From Actinomycetota bacterium (lineage in GTDB: Bacteria > Actinomycetota > Acidimicrobiia > Acidimicrobiales > Aldehydirespiratoraceae): 64,000 bases of DNA. Below the pieces are notes generated by a model, which was not told the origin of the DNA, did no database searches, and saw nothing but the letters and a program-made list of their open reading frames with translations. The stretch is from positions 80,221-144,220 of the forward strand of contig JAPOHW010000006.1 in NCBI GenBank assembly GCA_029979265.1. The letters run 5' to 3'. Below are positions 1 through 8,681 of this stretch, one piece after another. Made by a program: the position numbers and the translations under genes. How positions within the stretch are numbered: the stretch's first letter is position 1; each line of letters begins with the position of its first letter.

Positions 1-1169
1 TGGCGGTCAACCTGTTGCAACGTCGCAGCCCGCAGGACGCCCGAGCACTCCTTGGCACATCCTTCGCTCAGTACCAGACCAATGCGGGGACGGTGCGGCT
101 CGAACTGCGCCTCGCCCAAGCGCGAACGCGCCTTGCGTCGCTCGAGGCCGAAGAGCCCGAAGGGGACTTCGAGATGCGTCCGGCGGGAACCCCCGAGGCG
201 ATCGCCGATGCGGTCAGCAAGCTCCGGCCGGGCGACGTGGTCCTCGACGATCACGGAGACCGCTGCGCCGTCCTCGGTGTCAGTTGGCGAAAGGGAGGCC
301 GGGCCAGAATTCGACTCGTCAGCGAGGGGGGTCGTGAGATGCGCTGGGATCTCGCCGACTTGGAGAACACCCCCGACACGATCGGCAGCATCGATCTCCC
401 ATTTCCGATGGCCCCCGAGCGCCTTGACTACCGCCACGACGTTGCACGTCGCATCCGACGCAACACGTCCTCGCGTCCGAAGACTCGCCACGTCCGACGT
501 CGGCCTGATCGCCGAACGCGCCTCGAGCGAGCCCGCCAAGAAGTGACGAGGCTCGAAGAACGTGCCAGCAGTGATACGGCGTCGATCGCCAACCACTTCG
601 ATTCGATTTGCGATGTGCTCCGTGATCTCGGCTACCTCGAGAACTGGACCGTCACGGACAAGGGCCACATCCTTTCCTCGATCTACCACGAAACCGATCT
701 GCTCATCGCCGAGGCGGTCACGGCCGGCCTCTTCGACGATCTCGAACCGGCCGCACTCGCATCACTCGTCTCATGTCTCACCTACGAGCACCGCAACCCA
801 ACACCAGCACCCGAGCCATGGTTGCCATCTCGTGACGCCCGTGCGCGCTGGCGGCAACTCGAGCAACTGTCGGACACGGTCGGCCAGGCCGAGCGGCACG
901 CCGACGTGACCGAGACCCGACGACCCGATGCCGGCTTTGCGCCTGTCGCCCATGCCTGGGCAGCCGGCGAAACGCTCGAGATCCTTCTCGACAGCGAGCC
1001 CGACATGACGGCGGGAGACTTCGTGCGCAACGTCAAGCTCCTGATCGACCTCCTGCGCCAGGTCGCCGCAGTTGCACCGAAAGCAGCGACCCGCACCCGC
1101 GCTCGCCAGGCGGCCGACAGCATTCACCGTGGTGTCGTTGCGCTCTCCGGCTCGGTATCACTCACATGA
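1..1169 (+). CDS. helY: Ski2/HelY-like DEAD/DEAH-box RNA helicase, C-terminal part (5' end lies outside the window)
   Basis: The frame is open from the window edge to TGA at 1167-1169. The C-terminal region (LENWTVTDKGHILSSIYHETDLLIAEAV...LEPAALASLVSCLTYEHR) matches the conserved C-terminal domain of actinobacterial HelY as I remember it. Confidence 0.65.
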   Translation, partial: AVNLLQRRSPQDARALLGTSFAQYQTNAGTVRLELRLAQARTRLASLEAEEPEGDFEMRPAGTPEAIADAVSKLRPGDVVLDDHGDRCAVLGVSWRKGGRARIRLVSEGGREMRWDLADLENTPDTIGSIDLPFPMAPERLDYRHDVARRIRRNTSSRPKTRHVRRRPDRRTRLERARQEVTRLEERASSDTASIANHFDSICDVLRDLGYLENWTVTDKGHILSSIYHETDLLIAEAVTAGLFDDLEPAALASLVSCLTYEHRNPTPAPEPWLPSRDARARWRQLEQLSDTVGQAERHADVTETRRPDAGFAPVAHAWAAGETLEILLDSEPDMTAGDFVRNVKLLIDLLRQVAAVAPKAATRTRARQAADSIHRGVVALSGSVSLT

Positions 1170-1780
1170 CCGTCGAGCGAGGTGGCGACTGGGGAGAGCG
1201 GGCGAGACCCCCCGACGAGTTGCGGGTATTCGACGATCCGCGCGAAGCACTCGATTTCATCAGCAGAACGCGTCGAACCGGTGCTGACGCTCCGCCACTC
1301 GGACTCACCAGCGGTGATCTCGTCCGAACGCTCGGCGGCTCAACATCACCGGACCTGAAGGCTGCAGAAGAGGCACTCCATGTCAAGGTGGATCTCGGAG
1401 CGGTTCTGATCGACGGCACGCTGCACTGGTTCCTGTCGCACCTCGTGGCCCGGCGCTCGTGGTTTCGCGGGGGGATCGTCGTCGCCGCAAATGCGGCGTT
1501 TATCGGAAGGTGGAACGTTGCCCCTCGAGCGCACCCCGGTGATGGTCGACTCGATACCGTCGAGGTGGCCGGCATGCCGGTCACCGACCGCATCAAGGCA
1601 AGACGACGCATGGTGAGTGGCACGCACATTCCCCATCCCAACATCGCGGTTCGCCGCGTGCGAGCCGCACAGTTCGAGTTCGAGCGACCAACGAACATCT
1701 ATCTGGACGGGCGGTTGACCACATCGGCGCGCGCACTGAGCATTCGGGTCGAACCCGATGCCATCGACCTTTGGGTGTGA
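1166..1780 (+). CDS. Hypothetical protein whose C-terminal half resembles the beta-sandwich of diacylglycerol/lipid kinases (YegS/DAGK family); no GGDGT kinase motif seen
   Basis: 204-aa ORF whose ATG overlaps the helY stop (ATGA). The segment GDGRLDTVEV...ARRRMVSGTHIPHPNIAVRRV...IYLDGR...IRVEPDAIDLWV follows the DAGK C-terminal pattern. The N-terminus is too short for the catalytic domain. Confidence 0.5.
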   Translation: MTVERGGDWGERARPPDELRVFDDPREALDFISRTRRTGADAPPLGLTSGDLVRTLGGSTSPDLKAAEEALHVKVDLGAVLIDGTLHWFLSHLVARRSWFRGGIVVAANAAFIGRWNVAPRAHPGDGRLDTVEVAGMPVTDRIKARRRMVSGTHIPHPNIAVRRVRAAQFEFERPTNIYLDGRLTTSARALSIRVEPDAIDLWV

Positions 1781-1931
1781 TCGCCAGCGATCATTCGCCA
1801 CCCTCGCGCGGATCCGGGCAACGTCTCGCACCCGTGGTGACGACCACCCGACCAACCAGACTGCATCCCGCCAGGTTCGGCTCGACCGAATCCGCCATGG
1901 CTGCGTTCTCACGCCGTAGAGTCATCGACCG

Positions 1932-3551
1932 ATGACGGTCTACATCGCTGAAGAGTTCACCGCCGACGAGGCCGACATCCTCCGCCGGTATTTCACGAAT
2001 CTCGATCAGCCAGTCTTCGCGCTGGTGAACCTGCCCGAAGTTGTCAAAGGGGCATTGTTCGCCCGGTACTCACGCACAGCACTCAGCCTCCGTCGGCTCT
2101 TCCTGAAGGAGTTCGTGGGAGAACTGGACATCGAGGGCGACCAGACCATCGATGCCACCATCGGCTTGCGGCGGGCCGAAGAGCTCTACGACAAAGTCTT
2201 CTTCGAGTACGGCGACGACTCGGTTGCGCAACTGGGTGGCGTACACCTTGCGTGCGAACAGGCATCGAACGTCCTCACCAAGGTGCTCGAATGGGGCCGA
2301 CTCATGTCCTATCTCGAGCAGTCGACCCGCTATATCGCGTACGACCAACGCCTCGGCGGCCGCTACCGCTACTACCGGGATCCCGACATTCTCTCCAACG
2401 CCCTCGGCGCTCGGTACATCGCCGATATGGATCGAATGTTCGATTCGTACTCGGATCTCATCCCTCAGATGCAGGAGTTCTTCCGAGCGGCCCAACCAAA
2501 ACAACCCGGCGACAGCGATTTCGCGTATCGCACAGCGATCAAGGCTCGGGCGCTCGACTCCATCCGAGGAATGTTGCCGTCCTCGTCACTTTCCAATGTC
2601 GGCATCTACGGCACTGGCCAGGCCTATGAGGCACTGCTCTTGCGGATGCGAGCCCACCCACTGCCCGAGGCGCGCGCCTATGCCGACCTGATGCTCACCG
2701 AGCTGCGCAAGGTCGTACCGTCATTTCTCAAACGGGTGGATCTTCCCGAGCGGGGCATCCGGACAAGTGGCCACATGGTCGACGTCCGAGACTCGATGGA
2801 CGCCTTGGCCGACCGGTTTTTCGGTGACGAAACCGGAGGGCCGGTCGCCGACGACATGGTGGAGTTGGTCGACTTCGATCCAGACGGTGAGATCAAGATG
2901 GTCACTGCGATGTTGTACCCCCACACGTCGCTGTCAGAAGCCTCCGTCGAAGCCCGAGTCCGTCGTATGACCGTCGATGAGCGCCTCGATGTGATCAAGG
3001 CCTACGTCGGCAATCGGGAAAACCGGCGCCACCGGCCCGGTCGCGCCTTCGAGCGAACCGACTATCGCTTCGACGTGTTGAGTGACTACGGGGCCTTTCG
3101 TGACCTCCAGCGTCACCGCATGCTCACGATCGACTGGCAACCGCTGTCACCTCGCCACGGGTACGTTCGTCCCGCAGCCGTCGACGCCGCGGGACTCGCC
3201 TCGGAGTTCGACGCAGTCATGAGCCGGTCGGCCGAGCTCCACGATGCCCTCCTCGACGAACACCCGGACCAGGCCTCGTACGCCGTGTCCTTGGCATACC
3301 GGATCCGCTATTCGATGCAGTTCAATGCCCGCGAAGCAATGCACATGCTCGAACTTCGTACGGGGCCCCAAGGCCACGAGGCCTACCGTCGAGTCTGCCA
3401 GCGCATGCATACCGCGATACGCGATGTCGCCGGCCACGCAGCTGTGGCGGAGGCAATGAACTTCGTGGATCACTCGGTCGAACCCGTACTCGGACGCCTT
3501 GATGCCGAGCTCGCATCGGAGGCAAAGCGGAGGGGATTGAGTTCGATCTGA
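1932..3551 (+). CDS. ThyX-family (flavin-dependent thymidylate synthase-like) protein, long ~540-aa form
   Basis: 539-aa ORF. It has ThyX-type motifs split over the protein: ARYSR and EQSTRY in the first half, DLQRHRMLT (RHR motif) in the second half. A tagagt hexamer lies upstream. Confidence 0.65.
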   Translation: MTVYIAEEFTADEADILRRYFTNLDQPVFALVNLPEVVKGALFARYSRTALSLRRLFLKEFVGELDIEGDQTIDATIGLRRAEELYDKVFFEYGDDSVAQLGGVHLACEQASNVLTKVLEWGRLMSYLEQSTRYIAYDQRLGGRYRYYRDPDILSNALGARYIADMDRMFDSYSDLIPQMQEFFRAAQPKQPGDSDFAYRTAIKARALDSIRGMLPSSSLSNVGIYGTGQAYEALLLRMRAHPLPEARAYADLMLTELRKVVPSFLKRVDLPERGIRTSGHMVDVRDSMDALADRFFGDETGGPVADDMVELVDFDPDGEIKMVTAMLYPHTSLSEASVEARVRRMTVDERLDVIKAYVGNRENRRHRPGRAFERTDYRFDVLSDYGAFRDLQRHRMLTIDWQPLSPRHGYVRPAAVDAAGLASEFDAVMSRSAELHDALLDEHPDQASYAVSLAYRIRYSMQFNAREAMHMLELRTGPQGHEAYRRVCQRMHTAIRDVAGHAAVAEAMNFVDHSVEPVLGRLDAELASEAKRRGLSSI

Positions 3552-3663
3552 GACGACCGGTGCCTGGTCCCGGCGTCGCGTTCCTTGGAGTTTCGTGCGT
3601 GAGACGTTGCTCCGGAGCCGAAAATGTCTATGCTCCGCCGCATCCCCCGACTTCAGGTGCACG

Positions 3664-4116
3664 ATGGCTGACGACGAAACCACCGACGACGAACTCGACG
3701 ACGACGAACTCGACGACGACAAACTCGACGACGACGAACTCGACGACGGCGAACTCGACGACGAACTCGACGACGAGTTTGCTGATGACGACAGTGTCGA
3801 TGATGACGACGAAGACGATGACGTCGCCACACCGGCGCGACCGTCCAACGATGACGACGAAGACGAAGACGACGACGATGTCGAAGCTGATCTCGATGCC
3901 ATCTTGAAGGATCGCATTGCCGCCGGCGATGATGAAGACGAAGAAGACGAGGACGAGGCGTCTGGCCCAGCGAAAAAGCCGACGGCTGCGTCGGGGGACG
4001 CCGAGCCGGTGCAAGCCCGACAGGACAATGAATTCTTGTGCCCGAACTGCTTTCTGCTCGTCAACAGCACCGCAGTGAACGACGGTGAATGCCCGCACTG
4101 CGGCGGGCCGGTCTGA
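3664..4116 (+). CDS. Hyper-acidic DUF4193-like zinc-ribbon protein
   Basis: I start it at ATG 3664 (MADDETTDDELDD...), preceded by AGGTG 5 nt upstream. The N-terminal ~115 aa are mostly D/E. The C-terminus NEFLCPNCFLLV...CPHCGGPV has the EFxCxxCFLV...CxxC pattern I recall for actinobacterial DUF4193. Confidence 0.65.
   Translation: MADDETTDDELDDDELDDDKLDDDELDDGELDDELDDEFADDDSVDDDDEDDDVATPARPSNDDDEDEDDDDVEADLDAILKDRIAAGDDEDEEDEDEASGPAKKPTAASGDAEPVQARQDNEFLCPNCFLLVNSTAVNDGECPHCGGPV
3685..3776. repeat. In-frame tandem repeat, ~15-bp unit (gacgacgacgaactc, about 6 copies with variants) encoding DDDEL-type repeats
   Basis: Direct reading gives ...gacgacgaactcgacgacgacgaactcgacgacgacaaactcgacgacgacgaactcgacgacggcgaactcgacgacgaactcgacgac..., which translates to DDEL DDDEL DDDKL DDDEL DDGEL DDEL. 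Confidence 0.8.
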
Positions 4117-4125
4117 ACCGGCGTC

Positions 4126-4563
4126 ATGACGCACTCCGACGACGACGAACTGGCCGAGCGGCTTCTCGATCTCCTCGTCTACGCACCGCTCGGGCTGGCG
4201 CTCGAGGCCAAGGAGATGATCCCAAAGCTTGCCGAGCGGGGGAGAGGTCAGGTCGCCCTGACCAGACTGGCGGGTACCGTCGCTGCACAGCGCAGCCAGG
4301 CCGAGGCCAGCAGAGTGATCAACGAGATCAGCGACGCACTCGCAAGCTTTCTCGGGGGTGAGTCAGCTGGAGTGGCCCCTGCCCCCAGCCAGACCGAGAG
4401 CGACGATCTCCCCATCGCCGGCTACGCCGATCTCACCGCGGTCGAGATCGTTCGTCTCGTCGCTGAACTCGACGACCACGAACTCGACGTCATCGAATCC
4501 TTCGAGCGAGAACACCGAAATCGGAGCACGGTCTTGAACCGCATCCGTCAACGTCGGGGTTGA
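4126..4563 (+). CDS. Hypothetical helical protein (145 aa)
   Basis: The ORF starts 9 nt after the DUF4193-like gene and ends 1 nt before the GNAT gene. Third-position G/C bias is coding-like. I do not recognise a family with confidence. Confidence 0.55.
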   Translation: MTHSDDDELAERLLDLLVYAPLGLALEAKEMIPKLAERGRGQVALTRLAGTVAAQRSQAEASRVINEISDALASFLGGESAGVAPAPSQTESDDLPIAGYADLTAVEIVRLVAELDDHELDVIESFEREHRNRSTVLNRIRQRRG

Positions 4564-4564
4564 T

Positions 4565-5038
4565 ATGGAGCTCGGCGCACGCCTAGCCGCCGAGTCGGAT
4601 CTGGACGTCGTCGTTGCCCTTGCCCGCGCCGCCATCGAAGAACTCCGACCGCTACGGGGCGGCCGCATCTGGGCCGAGCTCGAGACGCGAGATGAGCCCT
4701 TGGCGGTCGCCTTCGCCCGCGAGTTCGTCGCAACCGAACGCCTCGTACTCGTGGGAACGATCGACGGGACGGTCGTGGGGTACGCCGCAGCGCACGAACT
4801 CGTCCTCCGAAGCCATGCTCTGATCTCACGCATCACCGACCTCTACGTCCTCCCCGATGCCAGAGGTGTCGGGGTAGGAGAGGAGCTCCTGACCGCTGTC
4901 GAACAGTGGGCCCGGGGGAGGGGACACACCGGTCTTGATTCTCTGGCACTTCCCGGCGATCGCAGCACAAAGAATTTCTTCGAATCGTTCGGCCTTGTGG
5001 CCCGGGCGATCGAGGTCCATCGCTCCCTCGAACCGTGA
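4565..5038 (+). CDS. GNAT family N-acetyltransferase
   Basis: 157 aa. The acetyl-CoA motif A region is LYVLPDARGVGVGEELLTAVEQWARGRG (R/Q-x-x-G-x-G/A). Confidence 0.8.
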   Translation: MELGARLAAESDLDVVVALARAAIEELRPLRGGRIWAELETRDEPLAVAFAREFVATERLVLVGTIDGTVVGYAAAHELVLRSHALISRITDLYVLPDARGVGVGEELLTAVEQWARGRGHTGLDSLALPGDRSTKNFFESFGLVARAIEVHRSLEP

Positions 5039-5433
5039 CAGGCCTGATCACCGTGGCTGTCGGTGCTGTCGCCGTGGTCGATGGTGCGATCCTGTTGATC
5101 GAGCGAGCAACTGAGCCGTCAGCCGGCTGCTGGTCGATTCCCGGGGGCCGAGTCGAGCCGGGAGAAACCCTTGCGGAGGCTGTCGTTCGAGAAGTCGCCG
5201 AGGAGACAGCACTCGACGCAGTCACCGGCTCCTTGATCGCCATCGCCGAGCGGATCAGCTCGGCCCATCACCTGCTGATAGCGAACCACTTCGTCGAGAT
5301 CATCGGATCGACCAACCCGACCGCAGGCGACGACGCAGCCGACGTTGCCTGGGTACCGCTCGAGCACCTCGAACACATCGAACTGGTGCCGGGCCTGCTG
5401 GACTACTTGCGGACCAATGGCATCACTCGATGA
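5035..5433 (+). CDS. NUDIX hydrolase
   Basis: 132 aa. The Nudix box is GGRVEPGETLAEAVVREVAEETAL (G-x5-E-x7-REUxEExGU). Its GTG start overlaps the GNAT stop (GTGA). Confidence 0.85.
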   Translation: MTGLITVAVGAVAVVDGAILLIERATEPSAGCWSIPGGRVEPGETLAEAVVREVAEETALDAVTGSLIAIAERISSAHHLLIANHFVEIIGSTNPTAGDDAADVAWVPLEHLEHIELVPGLLDYLRTNGITR

Positions 5434-6195
5434 TCAATGGCCCTTCCAGCGAGGGCTCCGCTTTTCGATGAACGCTCGTGGCCCCTCTGCATAATCCACT
5501 GTGGAAGAAAGGGCTGCCATCGCTGCCGACGCAGCCCGCATCCCCTCTGCGTCGGTTTGCTCGGGTGCGTCGAGAATCAGTCGCCGGCTGGCCTGAACTG
5601 CCAACGGCGCATTGGCCAGCACGCGTTCGGCCAACGTCAGTGCGCCGTCGACAGCCTCACCGGGCTCGCAAAGCTGGTTGATCATGCCGAAGTGGTAAGC
5701 GCGTTCGGCCGAGATCGTGTCTCCGGTGATGGCCAACTCCATGGCGATCGCCGGGGGCAGCGCGCGGGGAAGGCGGACCAAACCTCCGGCCGCTGCCACG
5801 AGCGACCGCTTCACTTCAGGGATCCCGAACATGGTTTCGGTCGACGCAACCCGCAGATCACAGGCGAGGGCGATCTCGGTTCCACCTGCGACTGCGGGAC
5901 CATCGACCGCTGCAATCAACGGCTTCACACGATCTCGCAGAACGATGCCACCGAACCCGCCCCGCTTCGTCCACAGGCCGTCTGCGTTACCGGCAGCAAT
6001 CTCCTTGAGATCGGCACCTGCACAAAACGCTGGACCGTTGTGCGTCAAGATCCCCACCCAGAGTTCGTCGTCGTGTTCGAGACGATCGAGGGCCGATTCG
6101 ATCGCCTCGGCCATCTCGGCGTTGATCGCATTGCGAGCCTCGGGTCGATCGAGCGTGATCACCCCAATGCGGCCCTGCACGTCGAAGTGGATCAT
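5434..6195 (-). CDS. Enoyl-CoA hydratase/isomerase (crotonase family)
   Basis: 253 aa. MIHFDVQGRIGVITLDRPEARNAIN...FCAGADLKE...AAVDGPAVAGGTEIALACD is a typical crotonase fold signature. The start overlaps the upstream stop (ATGA). Confidence 0.85.
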   Translation of the reverse strand: MIHFDVQGRIGVITLDRPEARNAINAEMAEAIESALDRLEHDDELWVGILTHNGPAFCAGADLKEIAAGNADGLWTKRGGFGGIVLRDRVKPLIAAVDGPAVAGGTEIALACDLRVASTETMFGIPEVKRSLVAAAGGLVRLPRALPPAIAMELAITGDTISAERAYHFGMINQLCEPGEAVDGALTLAERVLANAPLAVQASRRLILDAPEQTDAEGMRAASAAMAALSSTVDYAEGPRAFIEKRSPRWKGH

Positions 6196-7511
6196 TCCTC
6201 TTCGTCGACAGCAGCGTCAGCCGGCACCGTCTCCGGCGGTGTCGCTTCCGACACAGCAGCCGACGGCTCGCTTGGCGGCGGTGGGGGAGTCGGCCGTCGC
6301 TGACCCCGAGACCTGGGCGCAGGGGCCTCGATGCCGAAGAGGACGGCAAGCTGGGGCACACGACCAGCCAGCTTCTTCATCGACTTCAAGAGTTCCTCAC
6401 TCGGAGACGCCGGAATTCCCTGGGCGGTGACCTGCGATCGCACCGGGGAAAACGCGATGGAATCCACCACGAGCGCCCAGCGATCCGAGGTCACCTCGCT
6501 GGTGAGCGCCTCCGACGCCGCTGCGGCGAGCCGCTCGGCCATGTCGGTCGGCAGCGGTGCTCCCGCCTTGGGTGGTCGCGAACTCAGACGCAGGGCTCGA
6601 ACGGTACGCCCTTCCGCAAGATTCTTCGCAAGCTCATCACGCCAGGCCTGATGATCCGCCTCGGTCCGTACATTCAGCCCGGTACGGAGTTGCTCGGCAA
6701 GTTTGCGAGACTCCTCGTCGCGAGCGGCGGTGTCAGCCGCTGCAACGACACTTCGGATGTCGCGAAGATCGATGGTCTCGATTCCGGCCACCGCTGCCTC
6801 AGCCCGATCGCGCCATTCAGCAGCCCTGAGCGCAGGCGCAAGCCGCTCCGCAAGCGCGACAAGTGGGTCCCGCTTGATCTTCGGCATGCCCTCCGCCGTT
6901 GCCAGCTCGTTCATCCGGTCGATGGTTTGGCGAACTCCAGGGACGCCGCCGCGGAGCACCTCCTCGGCGAGTTGCTGCTGCAGCTCGGGCAACGCGTCGA
7001 GCGCAGCCTTGCGATGGTTGCGAGAGGGTCGAAGGCGAGGGGCCTTCGGGCGAGCCGGAGGCTTTGGGCGCTCGCGTCGGGGACGATCGGAACCACCCCG
7101 CCGATCACCGCTGCGACCACCGCGCTCATGACCACGCGCAGTGCGATCACGACCACGCTCGTTCCGGTTGCGTCCGCGACCACGGCCACGATCCTCGGAG
7201 CTCCGCTCGCGACCTCGGCCACGGCCCTTCGGTGCAAGCACCTGGGTGACGAGGGGCTCGTCGCGAGTGCTACCGAGCAATTCGAGCCGCTCGGCCTCTT
7301 TGCGGGGGCCCTTCGGGGCGAACACCGTCGAGATCGACAGACCGTCGAGGTCGGCTTCCGCCTCGACCTTGAGCACATCCCCGACGGCAGCCCCGTCAGG
7401 GAGCAGTGCCACCTCGACGATCCCCTTCGGCATTTTTGCCCCCGCTGCGCGCCAAGTCCACTGCCCGTCGCCGCGGTCGGAGGTGAGTTCGATGTCAAGC
7501 CGTCGTGCCAC
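6192..7511 (-). CDS. Hypothetical protein with a central Arg/Gly-rich basic disordered region
   Basis: 439-aa ORF. It has an N-terminal ~70-aa domain, then an RGRGRERSSEDRGRGRGRNRNERGRDR...RPRRERPKPPARPKAP tract, a helical C-terminal domain and a Pro/acidic tail. No family recognised. Confidence 0.65.
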   Translation of the reverse strand: MARRLDIELTSDRGDGQWTWRAAGAKMPKGIVEVALLPDGAAVGDVLKVEAEADLDGLSISTVFAPKGPRKEAERLELLGSTRDEPLVTQVLAPKGRGRGRERSSEDRGRGRGRNRNERGRDRTARGHERGGRSGDRRGGSDRPRRERPKPPARPKAPRLRPSRNHRKAALDALPELQQQLAEEVLRGGVPGVRQTIDRMNELATAEGMPKIKRDPLVALAERLAPALRAAEWRDRAEAAVAGIETIDLRDIRSVVAAADTAARDEESRKLAEQLRTGLNVRTEADHQAWRDELAKNLAEGRTVRALRLSSRPPKAGAPLPTDMAERLAAAASEALTSEVTSDRWALVVDSIAFSPVRSQVTAQGIPASPSEELLKSMKKLAGRVPQLAVLFGIEAPAPRSRGQRRPTPPPPPSEPSAAVSEATPPETVPADAAVDEEE

Positions 7512-7565
7512 GGCGAAAACAGTATCGCCCAGGGGACGGTGCAGCGACCTTCCGGTCGGCGATCG

Positions 7566-8507
7566 TCACCCGGTGACGAGGTCGCTGGGGTCGACATTGC
7601 CGCCGCACACGATCACCGCCACGCGTTCCCCGACGGCCGGCACGTATCCCCCCGAACGAATCGCAGCCAGCGCAACTGCCGCCGCAGGTTCGACTGCGAC
7701 CTGCAGCTCGTCCCACAGCGCCTGTCGAGCGCGCATGGCCTCTGCGTCCGACACGAGCACACTGTCGACGTTTCCGGCGAGCACCGCCCACGGCAGAGAC
7801 CCGACCGTCTTCGCGCCGAGTGCGTCAGCGGCGACACCGGCAGGTGAGACGCTCACCCGCCGACCGGCTACCAGCGCAGCATGGAGCGCGTTGCACGTCG
7901 GGGTCTCGACAGCCACGATGCGGGTGCGGGGGAGGGCGAGACGGATCCCGGACACCAGCCCACCACCGCCGACCGCAACCACAACCGTGTCGACATCGGG
8001 GACTTGCTCACCCAGTTCGACGCCCAAAGTGGCCTGCCCGGCCACTGTGTGTGTTGCGTCGTACGGATGGATGTTGAGGGCACCAGACTCGGCCGCCCGG
8101 GCATCGCACGCCGCCTGTGCATCGTCGTAGAGCGCACCGGTGACGTGCACTGTGGCTCCCTGGGCTCGAATTCGCTCGACCTTCGCCTTGGCCGAGACGC
8201 TCGGGACGAAGATTTCGGCGGGCACCCCGAGCACACGGGCTGTTCGGGCAACCGCAATGCCATGATTGCCGCCCGACGCAGCGATCAGCCCCGATGCAGG
8301 AATGTCGGATGCCAGGGCGTTGTTGAGGCTCCCTCGGGCCTTGAACGAACCGGCGTACTGCATCGACTCCAACTTGATTGCAACCCCGACATCCAGCCCG
8401 AGGTCTCCAGATACGGACTCGACGACCGGTGTGCGCCGGATCAGCGGCCGACACCGTTCAACCGCCGCTGCGATGTCAGCATCGGTCGGGGGCATCTGTG
8501 CGGTCAT
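7566..8507 (-). CDS. PLP-dependent threonine/serine dehydratase family enzyme
   Basis: The PLP-lysine motif ESMQYAGSFKARG and the GGGGL glycine loop are present. I start it at ATG 8507 (MTAQMPP...). ATG 8495 is also possible, and the longest ORF start at 8540 is a TTG. Confidence 0.8.
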   Translation of the reverse strand: MTAQMPPTDADIAAAVERCRPLIRRTPVVESVSGDLGLDVGVAIKLESMQYAGSFKARGSLNNALASDIPASGLIAASGGNHGIAVARTARVLGVPAEIFVPSVSAKAKVERIRAQGATVHVTGALYDDAQAACDARAAESGALNIHPYDATHTVAGQATLGVELGEQVPDVDTVVVAVGGGGLVSGIRLALPRTRIVAVETPTCNALHAALVAGRRVSVSPAGVAADALGAKTVGSLPWAVLAGNVDSVLVSDAEAMRARQALWDELQVAVEPAAAVALAAIRSGGYVPAVGERVAVIVCGGNVDPSDLVTG

Positions 8508-8681
8508 ACCCCTGGTTCTAGCTGGCAGGCGGCAGTTCAACCCAACACAGACGGGAGTCCCCAGCTCAAGACCGCCGGAAATCTTCGTTATGTAAAGCTA
8601 CATATCCTTTCTGGTCGGGTCGTGGACTCCGAGGCTCCTCACCCGCCCCCGGGGGTCCAGACGGCGCCGTATCCTCGCTCC

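Noticed and set aside
3147-4127. 326-aa minus-strand ORF with long poly-Ser runs
   Set aside because: It is the antisense reading of the GAC/GAA-rich acidic repeat gene (3664-4116) and of the 3' end of the ThyX-like gene. The low-complexity poly-Ser is a frame artefact, and the sense-strand genes have recognisable domains.
7881-8681. 5' two-fifths of the 671-aa plus-strand ORF
   Set aside because: It is antisense to the PLP-dependent dehydratase gene. The methyltransferase homology starts at ATG 8682.
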